This document shows positions 12,584 to 24,073 of a stretch of DNA of 64,000 bases, piece by piece (the first letter of the stretch is position 1; every line of letters starts with the position of its first letter). The DNA lies in the NCBI RefSeq assembly GCF_011386835.1, contig NC_088800.1, forward strand, positions 2,604,001-2,668,000. Reading direction: 5' to 3'. Both the position numbers and the translations under genes were made by a program. The notes below the pieces were generated by a model. That model saw nothing but the letters and a program-made list of their open reading frames with translations, had not been told where the DNA came from and searched no databases. Source of the stretch: Chrysemys picta bellii. Lineage: Eukaryota.

Positions 12584-13040
12584 GTACAGGCAAGTTAATT
12601 GAAAATGCACACTTCACTTTAACACACAGCAGTGAGATGGTTTTGTAATAAAAGAAGAATGAGTTTATTAACAAAGACCAGAGATTTAAGTGATACTGAG
12701 CAAGAATTAGGGAGACTGGTCTGGTTACAAATCTAACCCAACAAAACGTGCTTTCTAGGGACTAAAATTTAATCTTTGTCTAAGCAGGTTTCTCACTCAC
12801 ATCAAGTTTCTAGCAGCTCTTGCCTGTCAGGCCAAGAGAATCCAGCTTTCCTAGGCTCACAGGGTGCTGTCCCCTTCTGGCCCCGAGTGAGGGATCTCTC
12901 CTATATCCGCCTGTTACTCAAATCCATTGCCTCTGCCTCAAGGGCCAGGAAGGTTCCTGGGGCGCAGGTTCTGTTCCTTGGTGTGATTGTTGAATGGTCT
13001 CTCCCATGAGTTTAGCTTGAGGGCTTTGTTGATCTCCTAT

Positions 13041-13225
13041 CAGGGCCGTAGCAACAAAGAACGTGGCCCCCTCCGAACGGTGGCCCCCTCCGAACATATG
13101 TCCGGGCGGGGCCCCTTACAATGCAGACACTGGAATGTGGTATTTATTTTGCCACTTTTAGGGGCCCCCTTCCTTGCGTAGCCCCCTCCGGTCGGAGGGT
13201 ACGGAGGGCGCTCGCTACGCCTCTG
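13041..13225. mobile_element. Non-autonomous hAT MITE, 185 bp
   Basis: TIRs CAGGGCCGTAGC / GCTACGCCTCTG. Perfect 8-bp TSD TCTCCTAT at 13033-13040 and 13226-13233. Confidence 0.85.
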
Positions 13226-14485
13226 TCTCCTATGTAAATGTCCGTTGGTTGCCCTCAGCCAGCGAGCTTGCTGGTCAGACAGGTAAATACATGTTCCTCT
13301 GTCTAGGGCAGGCGGGGTTCATGCTCTGCCTCCCAAACCCATTTTCAGGACATTTCCAGCCCACGCCCATGGCGCTTTGTATACAGTCCGTACCTACGTC
13401 ACACCGGGAGTTTGGGGAGCAGCAGGTCACCAGTTTACGTATGATGCTTTACGGGACACCTTTGGGATGCATATTATGACAACAGTGTGTTGGGGCAAGG
13501 AGTGTGTCAGGCAGGGGCATGCACAAGGGGGGGGGGAGGGGACAAGCGGAGACACGCCCCCCCCAAATCTCCTGCTGCTGGAGTCCCATGTGATGCCTCC
13601 ACCCCTGACTCACCTCAGCGGGTGTCTGCAAAGCAGGCAGCAGCGTTGGACTCCAGCAGCAGGGAAGGAGAAGCAGCAGCTGTAGGGGTGAGGGGAGAAG
13701 CTCCGCCAGCCGCGCTGCTGTTTCCTCCCTCCAGGGCTGCAGGGACCTGGAGAGTGTCGCTGCCGGGTGTTCCCGCCGGAGGCGTCCTGAGAAACCAGGG
13801 TGGGGGTCACACAAACCTTTCATTTGTGTGTGTGTGTAACGTGCCCCTCCAAAGGAGGTCACATTGAAATGCCAGTGCCTGCCCCTGGGGTTGGGCCTGC
13901 TGGGAGTGACGCTATGGGGGGCCCTCTGCCAGTGGGGATTGAGAGGCTCCCGAGGTGTGTCCGGCTCAGCCCCAACAAGAGAACATGGAAGGGTGCTCTG
14001 CTCCCCCATTAGTAGTGGCGGTGTTGGCAGGATGATCTGTAGTCAGAACCAAAGGGGCTGGACGCACGTGTGCTCTGGCTAGACAGTTCCAGTTCCAGTT
14101 AGCTTGGCTCGGATTCGCTCTAGAAGCCAGCCCCAGAAGAATGCAGAGACACCGTGTTATTCTGTTGCTCATCCCCTCAACAGATGGTGATGAGCTGATC
14201 CCTTTCTAAGGAACGCATTGCTGAGGAGATGCCATCTTGGTGGGTTCTGTTTCCAACGCGCGGCCCAAGCTGCCAACGCGGTGCAGGCTGCATGGATGAC
14301 ATATTGTTTGCGCCCGTTAATGGAGACCTTTCTGCTGCCCCCACCAGGCAATAATCGATTGGTGTCATTTGCGCTCACTCGCTGCGCTGACGCCAGCCGA
14401 GGCAACAGACGTTCTTGCTGACGACAGGCTGACTCGCTCCGTTTGGAGGAGCAAGGGTTCTGTAACTGAAATCACTTCCTTGGAG

Positions 14486-14511
14486 TAATTAGGGATATAA
14501 TTAGCTAATTA
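14486..14511. promoter_or_regulatory. Homeodomain-site cluster (three TAATTA hexamers, including the 14-bp palindrome TAATTAGCTAATTA)
   Basis: TAATTA at 14486, 14498 and 14506, inside a repeat-free, CpG-containing stretch (about 14160-14560). Confidence 0.4.
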
Positions 14512-15312
14512 GAGCAAAGTGACAATTCCTTCACTCTACAGGGAGAAAACGCTGTACAGAGGCGAGCAATCCTGAATCCCGCCTCCCCACCACCACCACA
14601 GCTGTGGGTGTCAACTGGTCTCAGAAGTGGTGTTTACTGGCCTTGCCAGCCCTGTGCTTTCCTCTCCCTCGCTTTGTAAGCCCTTTATGAAGGGAGATCA
14701 TTTCCTCCAGCTTGCGATGTCTAACTCAAATGGACACCGCTGTCCTCCAGGCACCCTGGCTCTCTTCAGGAGTCTGTGCCTTGCGCCGCATTTCACCGTT
14801 TTCAAGCCTTAGCCTGGTGATGCAGCCCGTGAAGACGTTACGCGTGGGGAGGAGACGGGCCTGGTGTTCCCTGCCAGGCGAAAGGCTCGGGCCGAGAGGC
14901 TGGTTTTTAAGACGGAGAGGGGACGTGCACAGTTCTGACTTTGTGCTGTGTGAGCTGGGTCGTGGGAGTGGTTTGTGTTTCTGTGGGACAGAGGCTGGCT
15001 GGTGCTTCCCATCAGAAAGATTCATAGTTGAGGTGAAAATTCTGCTTCCAGCCTCTTTCTTGCTTGGTCGCTTTCCCATTTATAAACTAAAACATGAACA
15101 TGGCCAGAATCTGTAGCCTAGCCTCTGGTAAACCTTTCCGACGGGCTTCAGTATGTGAGCCAGTGGGTAGGGCAGAGGACGCTGAGCTGTTGGAAGTCCA
15201 AGCTCTATTGCCAATATACTGCCTGGTCTTGGGCCAATTGCTTCCCCCCTCTGTTTCCCTCCCCCCCCCCCTTTGTCTGCCTTGTCTACTAGAGTTCTGG
15301 CAGGGGCTATTC

Positions 15313-15344
<32 letters not shown>

Positions 15345-15350
15345 GTGCGT
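15313..15350. repeat. (GT)n microsatellite within an old MIR-like SINE relic
   Basis: Direct reading of the sequence. Confidence 0.9.
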
Positions 15351-15620
15351 ACACAGTGCCTACCACAGGGGGGTGCTAATCTCTGTGGGGACCCCTAGGC
15401 ACTACTGTAATAAACAGAACGTGTTTCTGTGCAGGTCAAACCCACCTCTGCACAGAAGGGCCCATTTTCAGGACTTAGGTGGTGCATAGGCCTTGATCGA
15501 GCCAATTTTGCCCTGGGTGCACAAAATGTCTCCTCTAGGCCAAATCATGTAAGGTACTGATCCCTGGCAGCTTGCACTGGCCTCTTCTCAGGAGGCACTC
15601 GGCCCCAGCATCTCCTAGGA

Positions 15621-16066
15621 CAGGGGTCGGCAACCTGTGGGAAGTGGTGTGCCAAGTCTAAGGTTTTGCGTGCCAGTAAAAGGTTTTGCGTGCCAGACCG
15701 GCAGCGCGAGCGGCAGACCAAACCCCACATCGGCAGTGGGCTGAGCCACTCAGCCTGCTGCCGGTCTGGGGTCCCAGCTGCCGGCACCGCTTAGCTCGCT
15801 GCCGGCCCGGGTTCTGTCCATCCAGGCTGGCAGAGGGCTGAGCGGGGCCGGCGGTTGGGACCCTGGCTGGCAAGGGCCGGTGGCCGGAGCCCCAGACCAG
15901 CAGTGGGTTGGGCGGCTCATCCTGCTGCTGGTCTGGGGTTCCGTAATCCAGGCCGACAGCGGGCTGAGTGGGGCCAGCGACCGGGACCCTGGCTGGCAGC
16001 AGCGTGCCACTAAAAATCAGCCCGCGTGCCGCCTTTGGCACGCATGTCGCAGGTTGCCAACCCCTG
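15621..16066. mobile_element. Non-autonomous hAT (Charlie/Buster-like) MITE, 446 bp
   Basis: TIRs CAGGGGTCGGCAACCT / AGGTTGCCAACCCCTG. 8-bp TSD TCCTAGGA / TCCTGGGA. Internal tandem duplication of AAGGTTTTGCGTGCCAG at 15660-15696. Confidence 0.9.
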
Positions 16067-18138
16067 TCCTGGGATCAGGTCACACGGCCTCACAACTCCA
16101 AACAGACTGATTAATATCCTCTTCCCTCCTAAAGCGACAGATGCTCCCAGCCCTAGGCCTGGCACAGACACAGGAACACGCTTAGATCCCGAGCGCCCCT
16201 GATTTCCTGCAGTCAGTTGACGTCAAATGTCATTGCCAAGCCATGAGAGCCGTGGGAAGGTTAGTGCACTCGCTTTGCAGGCCCCTGTGCCGGAGGTATA
16301 GGCCCTTTGGGCCGAGTGAGATTACAAGCATGAATTTCTTTGAGATTCAGTTTCTAGTGAACCCAAAGTCTTAAGCAAATTGAGTCCCACTGTCTCAGTT
16401 TCATGTTAAAACCATATGAAACTGAATTTCTCATCAGCTTGATGCAACAAAATTCACTTAAAACTGGGTGACCCTTCTGCTGGATAACAGCGTGAATTTG
16501 GAGTCTGGAATGACAGCCAGAGCCAAGGGAGTTTTGCATAGTTTTAGGTTTATTGTGAACATTTCACCAGTTTCTAATATACAGATGCTGGTTATGGTAA
16601 CTCCTAGCTTAGTATTTAAGTTACAGCAAAGGATACTCCCTCTGACACTATAAACAGTCTACAACCCTACTCTTGTTTTATATATTCACTGTAGAGTAGT
16701 GCCTGGCACTTACATGAGCCAACTTATTCTCAGAGATGTTGTTGCAGCTGGGAAAAAAAAACCTAGTAACTTTTCAGGATAAACTGGATTCAACATATTT
16801 TTATATTGTGCAAAATATTTTATTTTTTATTGACTAAAAGAGACAAATAAGTAACTTTCCATGAAGCAGAAAGGAGGATAAGTTCCTGGAGTAAATTATT
16901 CATTGGGAATTCCATTTCTGCTCTAGAGCAGGGTGAATAACCGATATTTTGGTTCAACGGCTGAAATCAGCAATAAGATTCATTGAGGTTTGAACCAAAA
17001 TGTTCATTTTTCAAATTACTGGGCAAAGCAAAAAAGTTAAACGTTTTCTTATGTTTTCTGGGTTTTTTAAATGCTCTACAAAAAAAAAAAAAATTGACGA
17101 AATTGACCAAAACTTGTGAATAGTTTTGATTGTCCCAAATCTGCATTTTTCGGTGAATAAAACTATTTGGGTGAAATTTTTCAGCTGACTCTATTCAGTT
17201 CTGTTTTATCGATCACTTACTTATTCTACTGTAGCACCCAAATACCCTCCTCCGGCTCAGAGTCCCATTGTGCTAGGGTGCTGCACCAATCCAAGTGAAG
17301 AAACAGTGTCTGTCCTGGAGAGTTTACAAGGTAAGGCCAAAATCCTGCGGATAGATGTGCCTAGGCACAGGGCGTTGGCTGTCCGGATCCATCTGCAAGA
17401 TTTAGCCCTAAATAAGCATGCGACAAGGCAGGAGGAGAAACAAGGTAAGGGATGGAAGATGAGTGGTTATAAATACAGAGTAGAACGGAATAAAAATTTT
17501 CATATGAAACTTTTTTTTGGCAAACACTGCAGATTTGGTGACATTAACATTTTGCAAATTCACATTGGTGCTGCCAAATTGTTTTGGTCGGAAAAAAAAT
17601 TCCCAAATTGAAATGTTTCATTTTGATATTTTTGAAGTGAAATATTTCAATTTTTTTTATTCAAACCAACTTTTCGTATCAAAATGTCCTTTGTTTTTTT
17701 TTTAAGTAATCAAAAACATTTTAAAATGACCAAAATCAAAACAAACAGTTTCATTTAATCCTCAATGATTTTTTTTTTCTGGAATTGCCAACAAACTGAA
17801 AAATGCACAGTGCAAATTCTGAGTAGGACTGTCTAGGAAACAGAAATTCTATTTCACAAAAAATATTAAGGTTTCAATTTTAATTTATTTATTTTTTTGT
17901 TCCACATTGGAACAAGACAAGACCTTTCAAAATTTCAAGTGAGAGGACCACACCTCCCCAGAAAAGCTGGCATCCCAGTGGTTCAGGTGCTTGCCTGGGA
18001 TGCGGGTGATCCAGGGTCCAGTTCTGCTCTGAATCCGATAAGTTTCAGTGCAAAGCTCTGATTTGATGAATCAGCATTTTCTGGTGAGAAAACCCACCGT
18101 GGTTAGTGCTACAGCCTGCATCTTGCTTTTGATAGGTG

Positions 18139-18495
18139 TATGGGCAGCGAGGATCGTAGGCTGGGGGAGGCTGTCTTCCCGCAAACAGCCAGGCATGGCC
18201 CCGCCCATACTCTGTCCCCAGACCCGCCTCCTGCTTCCGCTCCGGGTGGCTCCAGTCTCCCTGTGGGGTGGCCCTGGCTCGGGTCGCAACACCTGCCCTT
18301 CCAACGCTCCGGAGCGGGGGGAAGGCTGGGACCGCGCCTCCCACTCTGGGGTTGCGCGGGGGGCAGTGGCTGTGTGTGTGGGGGGGGGGAGGGGGGGGGA
18401 CCTTTGGGCTCTGCAGCGTGGAAGGGGTGTGGGGCCTCAGGCAGAAGGGGTGGGGCTGGGGGCTAGCCTCCCCCAGCCGGCCGTTCATGCCCATG
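18139..18495. mobile_element. GC-rich MITE-like element
   Basis: Ends TATGGGCAGC...GGCTGGGGGAGGCT and AGCCTCCCCCAGCC...GCCCATG are inverted. TSD only partial (GGTGTA on both sides). Confidence 0.5.
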
Positions 18496-18733
18496 GGTGT
18501 AAGTGGGGAGAGCCGCTGCTCCCCTTTGAACGATGAAATTAACACTCGCCTTTTCTCCAGCGATTTCTCTCCTTGCAGCATCTCCTCACCTTATGCCGTG
18601 CTTCCCACTTTCACCTCAATTGCCTGGAATAGGATTGCAAGTTTTTAAGGTTAACAGCTTAGCCCTACCACCCAAAATACACCTCTTTCGTTCGACGGCG
18701 TTTTTGTTGATCCTATAGTGAATCTAGCACTCC

Positions 18734-19120
18734 TAGGGTGACCAGATGGCCTGATTTTATAGGGACAGTCCCGATTTTTGAGTCTTTTTCTTATCTAGGC
18801 CAGGGCCGGCTCCAGGCACCAGCTCAGCAAGCAGGTGCTTGGGACGGCCAAGGGGAAGGGGCGGCACGTCGGGCTCTTCGGTGGCAATTTGGCGGCAAGT
18901 CCCTCGGTCCCTCTCGGAGGGAAGGACGTGCCGCCAAATTGCCGCCGAAGAAGAAAGTGGCGCTGTAGAGCTGTCGCCGATTGCGATCGCGGCTTTGCAT
19001 TTTTTATTTATTTATTTTTTCCGCTGTTTGGGGCGGCAAAAACCCTGGAGCCGGCCCTGATATAGGCTCCTATTATCCCCCACCCCCTGTCCCGATTTTT
19101 TCACACTTGCTGTTTGGTCA
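18734..19120. mobile_element. TAGGGTGACC-type hAT MITE interrupted by a nested MITE
   Basis: The two halves (18734-18800 and 19060-19120) join to give the same element as the uninterrupted copy at 33079-33217. Confidence 0.85.
18801..19059. mobile_element. hAT MITE (CAGGGCCGGCTCCAGG type) nested in the previous element
   Basis: TIRs CAGGGCCGGCTCCAGG / CCTGGAGCCGGCCCTG. 8-bp TSD ATCTAGGC / ATATAGGC. Confidence 0.9.
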
Positions 19121-20202
19121 GTTGTCACTGCGCTGCACATCATGTCTGATGAGAAGTTCTGGCGTGCAGATGGAAGAGCAGTTCTGATTCCACCCGGCAA
19201 CTGGCAGTGGAAAACTCACCCGAATTGCTTCATTACAAGGTTAAGTTCAGAAAGTGGAGCTGGCGGGAAAACCAACCTTCTTCCGGTTGGAAAAATTTGG
19301 AATGAAAAAAATCTTTGTTCAGAACTTGGAATGGTAAAATGTTAGGTTTCCCACAGGGAGTTTTGAATGGCCTCAAAATGAAAATGTTCTGAACCGACAT
19401 TTTTTAAACAAATTTGTTTTGTCTCCTTTCGACTTAAAATGTCGTGTTGGGTTTTTGACTGAAGAATCAAAGCGAAACAACATTTTAAGTCAAAAGGAAA
19501 AACTTTGTCTGGATGTTTCCCCCGGAAAAATCAAACTTTGTCATCAGAACTGATGTGTTCCCCATGAGGAATGCCTGTCCCGATTCAACGGGTTTGTGGG
19601 GAGACTTTCCCCAGACTAAACTTCAGCCAGCCCCGTCAAACAGCTGTGCAGAGAACCAGCTTGTCCGAGGGGCAGGTGGGCGAGTTCCCAGGTATGCAAT
19701 TAATCAAACCAGTTCAGGTTGTTTCTAATGGCAAAGAGGCAGCGGATTCTGCTGCTGTTTCAATAAAGGTGCTCAGGTCACCCGACTTATGCCATGCTGC
19801 GGAGCCCCTGAAGCTCTTCAACAAAATCCTCTGGCACTTGGAATAAAGAGCTCTGCTACTTCAGTGTGTTTTATACATCCTGCCTGGACTGCAAAGAACC
19901 TGCCTTCCCTCCGCTAACCAGGCTCAACCCTCTATCCCGAAGCCTGCCTGTTTCACTAACTCTCTTCCAGAGAAATGCTCAATTATTGCAAAGTAAAGGT
20001 TTGCTTTTCAGGAGTGTCCAATCCACAGAAGCACCCTCTTGTGCAAAGGCAAACTGCCCCTTCTCGCACGTTTCGCAGTGACTTGCTGATGGTTTTCCGG
20101 AGGAGGGAGTGGGGTATAGAAAATTAACTGCACTGAAGATAGTTTCCCACCCACAAAGCTGGAGAAGTGTTAATAATCAGGTCTCCCAGGAGACAAGGGC
20201 AT

Positions 20203-20340
20203 GATTTGTTCTTGCTTCTCGGAGACCTTAACATCCAAGTGCTAAGAGACTTTGACGGCTGGGAGCGGGTTTGGGGCCAGCGTGGAAAGGACAAGGGAGG
20301 AAATGTGCTTGAATTGGGTAGTCAGAACCTACTGATGATG
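20203..20340 (+). mobile_element. Probable RTE-clade LINE apurinic-endonuclease relic
   Basis: ORF 20167-20439 contains DLFLLLGDLNIQVLRDFDGWERVWGQRG...GNVLELGSQNLLM, resembling the RTE APE motif LxLLGDFNARVGxDxxxWxxVxGxHG...NGxxLLExCxxxxLxI. Confidence 0.5.
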
Positions 20341-22699
20341 AAACATGATAAGATGAAAAGTGACACCTCCTGCAAGCAGGACAAGGCTCAAGTGCTTATC
20401 AAGATCTCCCCTCTAGGACAGCTTGATGCTGAACAGTGATGGAAGGGGAACAGCTTAAACCTGCCCTGTGTCGCTGAAAGGTGTAGAGTTGGCTCCCTAA
20501 GAGACACCTGGGCTGCAGGTGTGAAAATCTGGGCATCCTGAATGGTACACGCAGGGGGTGGAGTGGGGTGGCTGAGGAGAGAGCTGAGGAAAAAGTCCCA
20601 CTGCCTGGGGAGAGGGGGCACGCAGGTAGGGTACCGAGATCTAGGTACCAGCTGACATGAATGTGGAGAGGCGCGGGTAGGTGGGTGGGGTGTGTGGAGC
20701 GGCTAAGCTGCGATCGGACTCTCATTCTTTGGGGAAGGTGGAGTTCGCCTGGGCTGTGATCCATTGGATGGAGGCGTTCAGGGAGCAGACAGAAGTGCTG
20801 GGATGGAGGTGCTATGTGAGATGGCCATGGGAGATTTTGACATTGTGAATCAGCTCAGTGGCAAATTCAATGAACTGGAAACAAGAACGGTTCGGAGGCG
20901 TGGAGAGGAAATGCACGTGAGGAAGAGGGAATCTTTTGTGACTGGCGGCTGTATGTGACTTTGACAGATGCCAGGGCCGGGCGCTGTTTGGGGTATGACT
21001 CGTATGAGAGAAAAGGTAAAGAACTGTGGGTAAAATGCACGAGCCCTTGCTAGCTTTAGCGGATATGAAATGCTCCATCAGCTCTGCTTCTGGTCCTTTC
21101 AGTTTAACCCCTTACTGCCAATGGCTGCCTAGCAGCAGCAAGAAGCTAGCCTGCTAATGCGTCTGGATTGGCTTTGGAGAGGCAGCGGGCAGCCTGTGTG
21201 TAAAGGAAAAGAGCTGCCCTAGGTGAGCCCCAGAAGATTGGGTTAAGGTGGAGAGGGGCTCGGACTCCAACAGAATGATCAGAAATTGCTCCAGAAATTC
21301 CCTGGGTCCAAGCTGCAAAAGTCCAGGGTGCCTCATTTGGGAGTGACGAGAGGCATGCGTGGGCCAGGCAGGGTGGGGCTGGGAGATGGAGATGGAACCT
21401 CAGCCTTGGACAGCGGTTGGAGGGGGCACCGGTACAGAGGGAGGCAGCTGCTCATAGCTGGCCTGTAGAGATGGGAGGGCTGGAGGCTCAGTTGGGGGGT
21501 TGTGTTAGCAGCATCGGGGTAGCCTCCCTTTTAAATTGGTCCCAATTCTATTGCTCTTCAGATTTAAAAAAAAACAACACACTAGAGTGCTCAGCAAAGG
21601 TTATTGGGCCAAATTCAAGAAGTGCAGATAGTGTCTGAAAATGCAAAGCTACGGTGGCCACAAATGCTGCTGGCTGAAACTCTCCTGACGCTCGGCTGAT
21701 GGTTGGGGTGGTTTTGTATTGTCTGAGCCGGTTCGTCCACAGCTGGAGATACCCTGGAACGCGGCACCGATGGCTCCTGTGTTCTTAAGAAGCTGCTCGG
21801 AATCTCAAGAGGAAATTAAATCCACATAGATTCTAATCTGCCGACATCTTGCCTGGGGGTTCATTTAGTATCTGTCTTTCCTTAACCAGAAAGAAAATAA
21901 TTCTGAAAACCTGGTGGCTTTGTGCTTCTGCACCCCCAGCGCCTGATCAGCGTGAACATTGTGTGTGGGTGAGAAGCCTTTCTGTGTCAGTGCCTTGCGT
22001 CAGGGCAGCGTTGTGCTGCTGGCCGGTTGCCTTAAAGCCAGGGAGAAGATCTGGCCACTTGTGGATTCCCCTAGGGTATCAGAGTCATCAGGGTTGACCT
22101 ACTGCAGGAGTTCCCAGGCCACCCCCTGGACAGTAGGTGTGGCCTGAGGAAAGGCGAAGGGTCTGGGATTACTTATGTCCCAGTTAACGCTAGCTGGTGA
22201 ATGGCTTCTTAGGGCCATAGGTAGCTGGTGCAACTTCGAATACCCTGAGGGCTGATCTGATTTGTGCCTTGCAATCAGCCAGGTGCCTGGCAGCACCTCT
22301 ATGGGTGGGTGGGTTAGGGGTGGCACACAGGGGATTTAAAGCCACCTTCATCCTTCACCACCTCAACCCATGCCAGGCACACGAGGGGTAGACCTCAGAG
22401 CCCAGCCCAAGATGGATGGGTGTGTGCGTGCCAAGATATTTCTCTGTTGATTGGCTAAGGAAGTTTGACATTTCTGCCCTGAGAAGCCTTTATGGGGCAA
22501 GACAAAGACAAGCAGAAGCAGGAGCTAGAGAGGGGCCCATGTGGTAGAACGTACAGAGAGATCGAGCTCGGCGTGGCTGCGGTGGGGTATCCTGGGTGCA
22601 GCCTCTGGGTGTGACCATAATGCCACTGATGTTTCAACTTCAGAGAGGAAATGCATGGTTTCAGTTTTTTTTTTTTTTTAAATTCCTTCCTCTGGACCA

Positions 22700-23185
22700 C
22701 CAGGGATGGCCAAGGCTGGAGATGGGACCCTGGATGAGGAGGGCCAGGGCTCTGAGGTGGCACGGAGCGTTCTCTCTCTCAGGTGCATGGCTGGCCGGTT
22801 CTTGCTCACAGGCTCCAGGGTCTAACTGAGCGCCACATGTGGGGTCAGTAAGGGATTTTCCCTCCAGATCCGATTGGCAGCGACCCTGGGGGGTTTTTCA
22901 CCTTCCTCTGCAGCGTGTGGGTCATTTGCCAGGAATCTCTGTGTAGATCTCACAGAATCATTTTCCTGCTTTCGCAGAGACCTCGGGCACCGGCGTGTCT
23001 CAGGGCCTCCTATTCTCTCTCTGTGGCACATCATTGTTTCGTTCCCGGGGGCTGTTAGACTTGGGTCTCATTTCGGCTGCTGAGTTTAGTGTGCGGGTGC
23101 TGGGGGGTCGGAGTGGCCTATGCTAAACGGGAGGTCAGACCAGATGATCTGGGGGGGGTCCCTTCTGGCCCTAAACTCTCCGACT
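22700..23185 (+). mobile_element. CR1 LINE long 3' UTR fragment
   Basis: Ends GGAGGTCAGACCAGATGATCTGGGGGGGGTCCCTTCTGGCCCTAAACTCT, a CR1-type terminus. Homologous to 58695-59100 (minus). Confidence 0.75.
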
Positions 23186-23689
23186 GCAACTCAAAAACTC
23201 ATCATTTCCCCCAAAGTGCTTTTCCGCACTGTCCCCAGATCACCTCTGCTCTGAGGGGCCTCTGCAAATCCCATTGGTTCCAGTGGGTGAATAACTGGGC
23301 TTTTGCCCTGAATAAAGGGCTCCTTTATAGCCTTTTCCCCCACTCCTGCTACAAAAGACTGTCCCCATTGCGGAACCTGCGAGCGACACCTATTGGGTGA
23401 AGATGCAGCAGCGCCAATTTGTGCACGGCACCGAACCAGGCTGCATGGCGGAAAGGAGGCATTTGTATTGCACTTGCTCTGAGTTGCGTAGCAGGGGGGT
23501 GGTTGTAAATAGGTCAATGTAAAAATAAACCCGTGGAGTTCCAGTCTGAGCATCCATCACACAGAAAGCTTGGAAGAAGCTGGGTTACACTCGAACTGAT
23601 GGCGGCACAGGAGTGCTGGGCAGTTTGCCGAATGCCTCGGAGAGGCTGCGGAGTGCCAGCGTGCTGTGGGGGCCCATGCTGGCAGCAGG

Positions 23690-24073
23690 CAGGGGTGAAA
23701 GTAAGTTAAAGGACTTACTGGTACGTCAGAGTCCTGGGCAGGGGCGTGGCCTCAACCGGAAGAGGAGGGGCTGCGGCTGGGAGCCCCAGAGCCTTTAAAT
23801 CACCCACAGAGCTACCAGCTGCAGAGGCTGCTAGGAGCCCTGGGGCGATTTAAAGGGCCTAGCTCCGGGCTCTTTAAATCGCTGACGGAGCCCTGTTGCT
23901 GCTACCCCAGGGCTCTGGCAGTGGGGCTCGGGAAGCAATTTAAAGGGCCAGGGGCTCTGGCCGCTGCAGGGAGCCCCGGGCCTTTTAAATCGCCAGCCGG
24001 GTCCGGCACGAAGTACCGGCTCTTGCCGGTACGCCGTACCATACCATACCATACAGGCTTAATTTCACCTCTG
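23690..24073. mobile_element. Non-autonomous hAT MITE, 384 bp
   Basis: TIRs CAGGGGTGAAAGTAAG / CTTAATTTCACCTCTG. Perfect 8-bp TSD GCAGCAGG at 23682-23689 and 24074-24081. Confidence 0.9.

Noticed and set aside
14223-14354. Reading GCMDDILF (ATGGATGAC at 14292) resembles the YMDD catalytic motif of hepadnaviral or retroviral RT; endogenous hepadnaviruses are known in turtles
   Set aside because: The frame is closed by stops about 31 codons upstream and 20 codons downstream. The residue is C rather than Y, and the upstream RT motifs (for example GxGLSPFLL or LPQG) are absent. Treated as chance.
16924-17830. AT-rich segments with TAGAGC/GCTCTA-like ends (also about 19250-19560, 47590-48060, 53320-53480, 63555-63900)
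   Set aside because: Probably old non-autonomous DNA transposons, but TIRs and TSDs are too decayed to give defensible coordinates.
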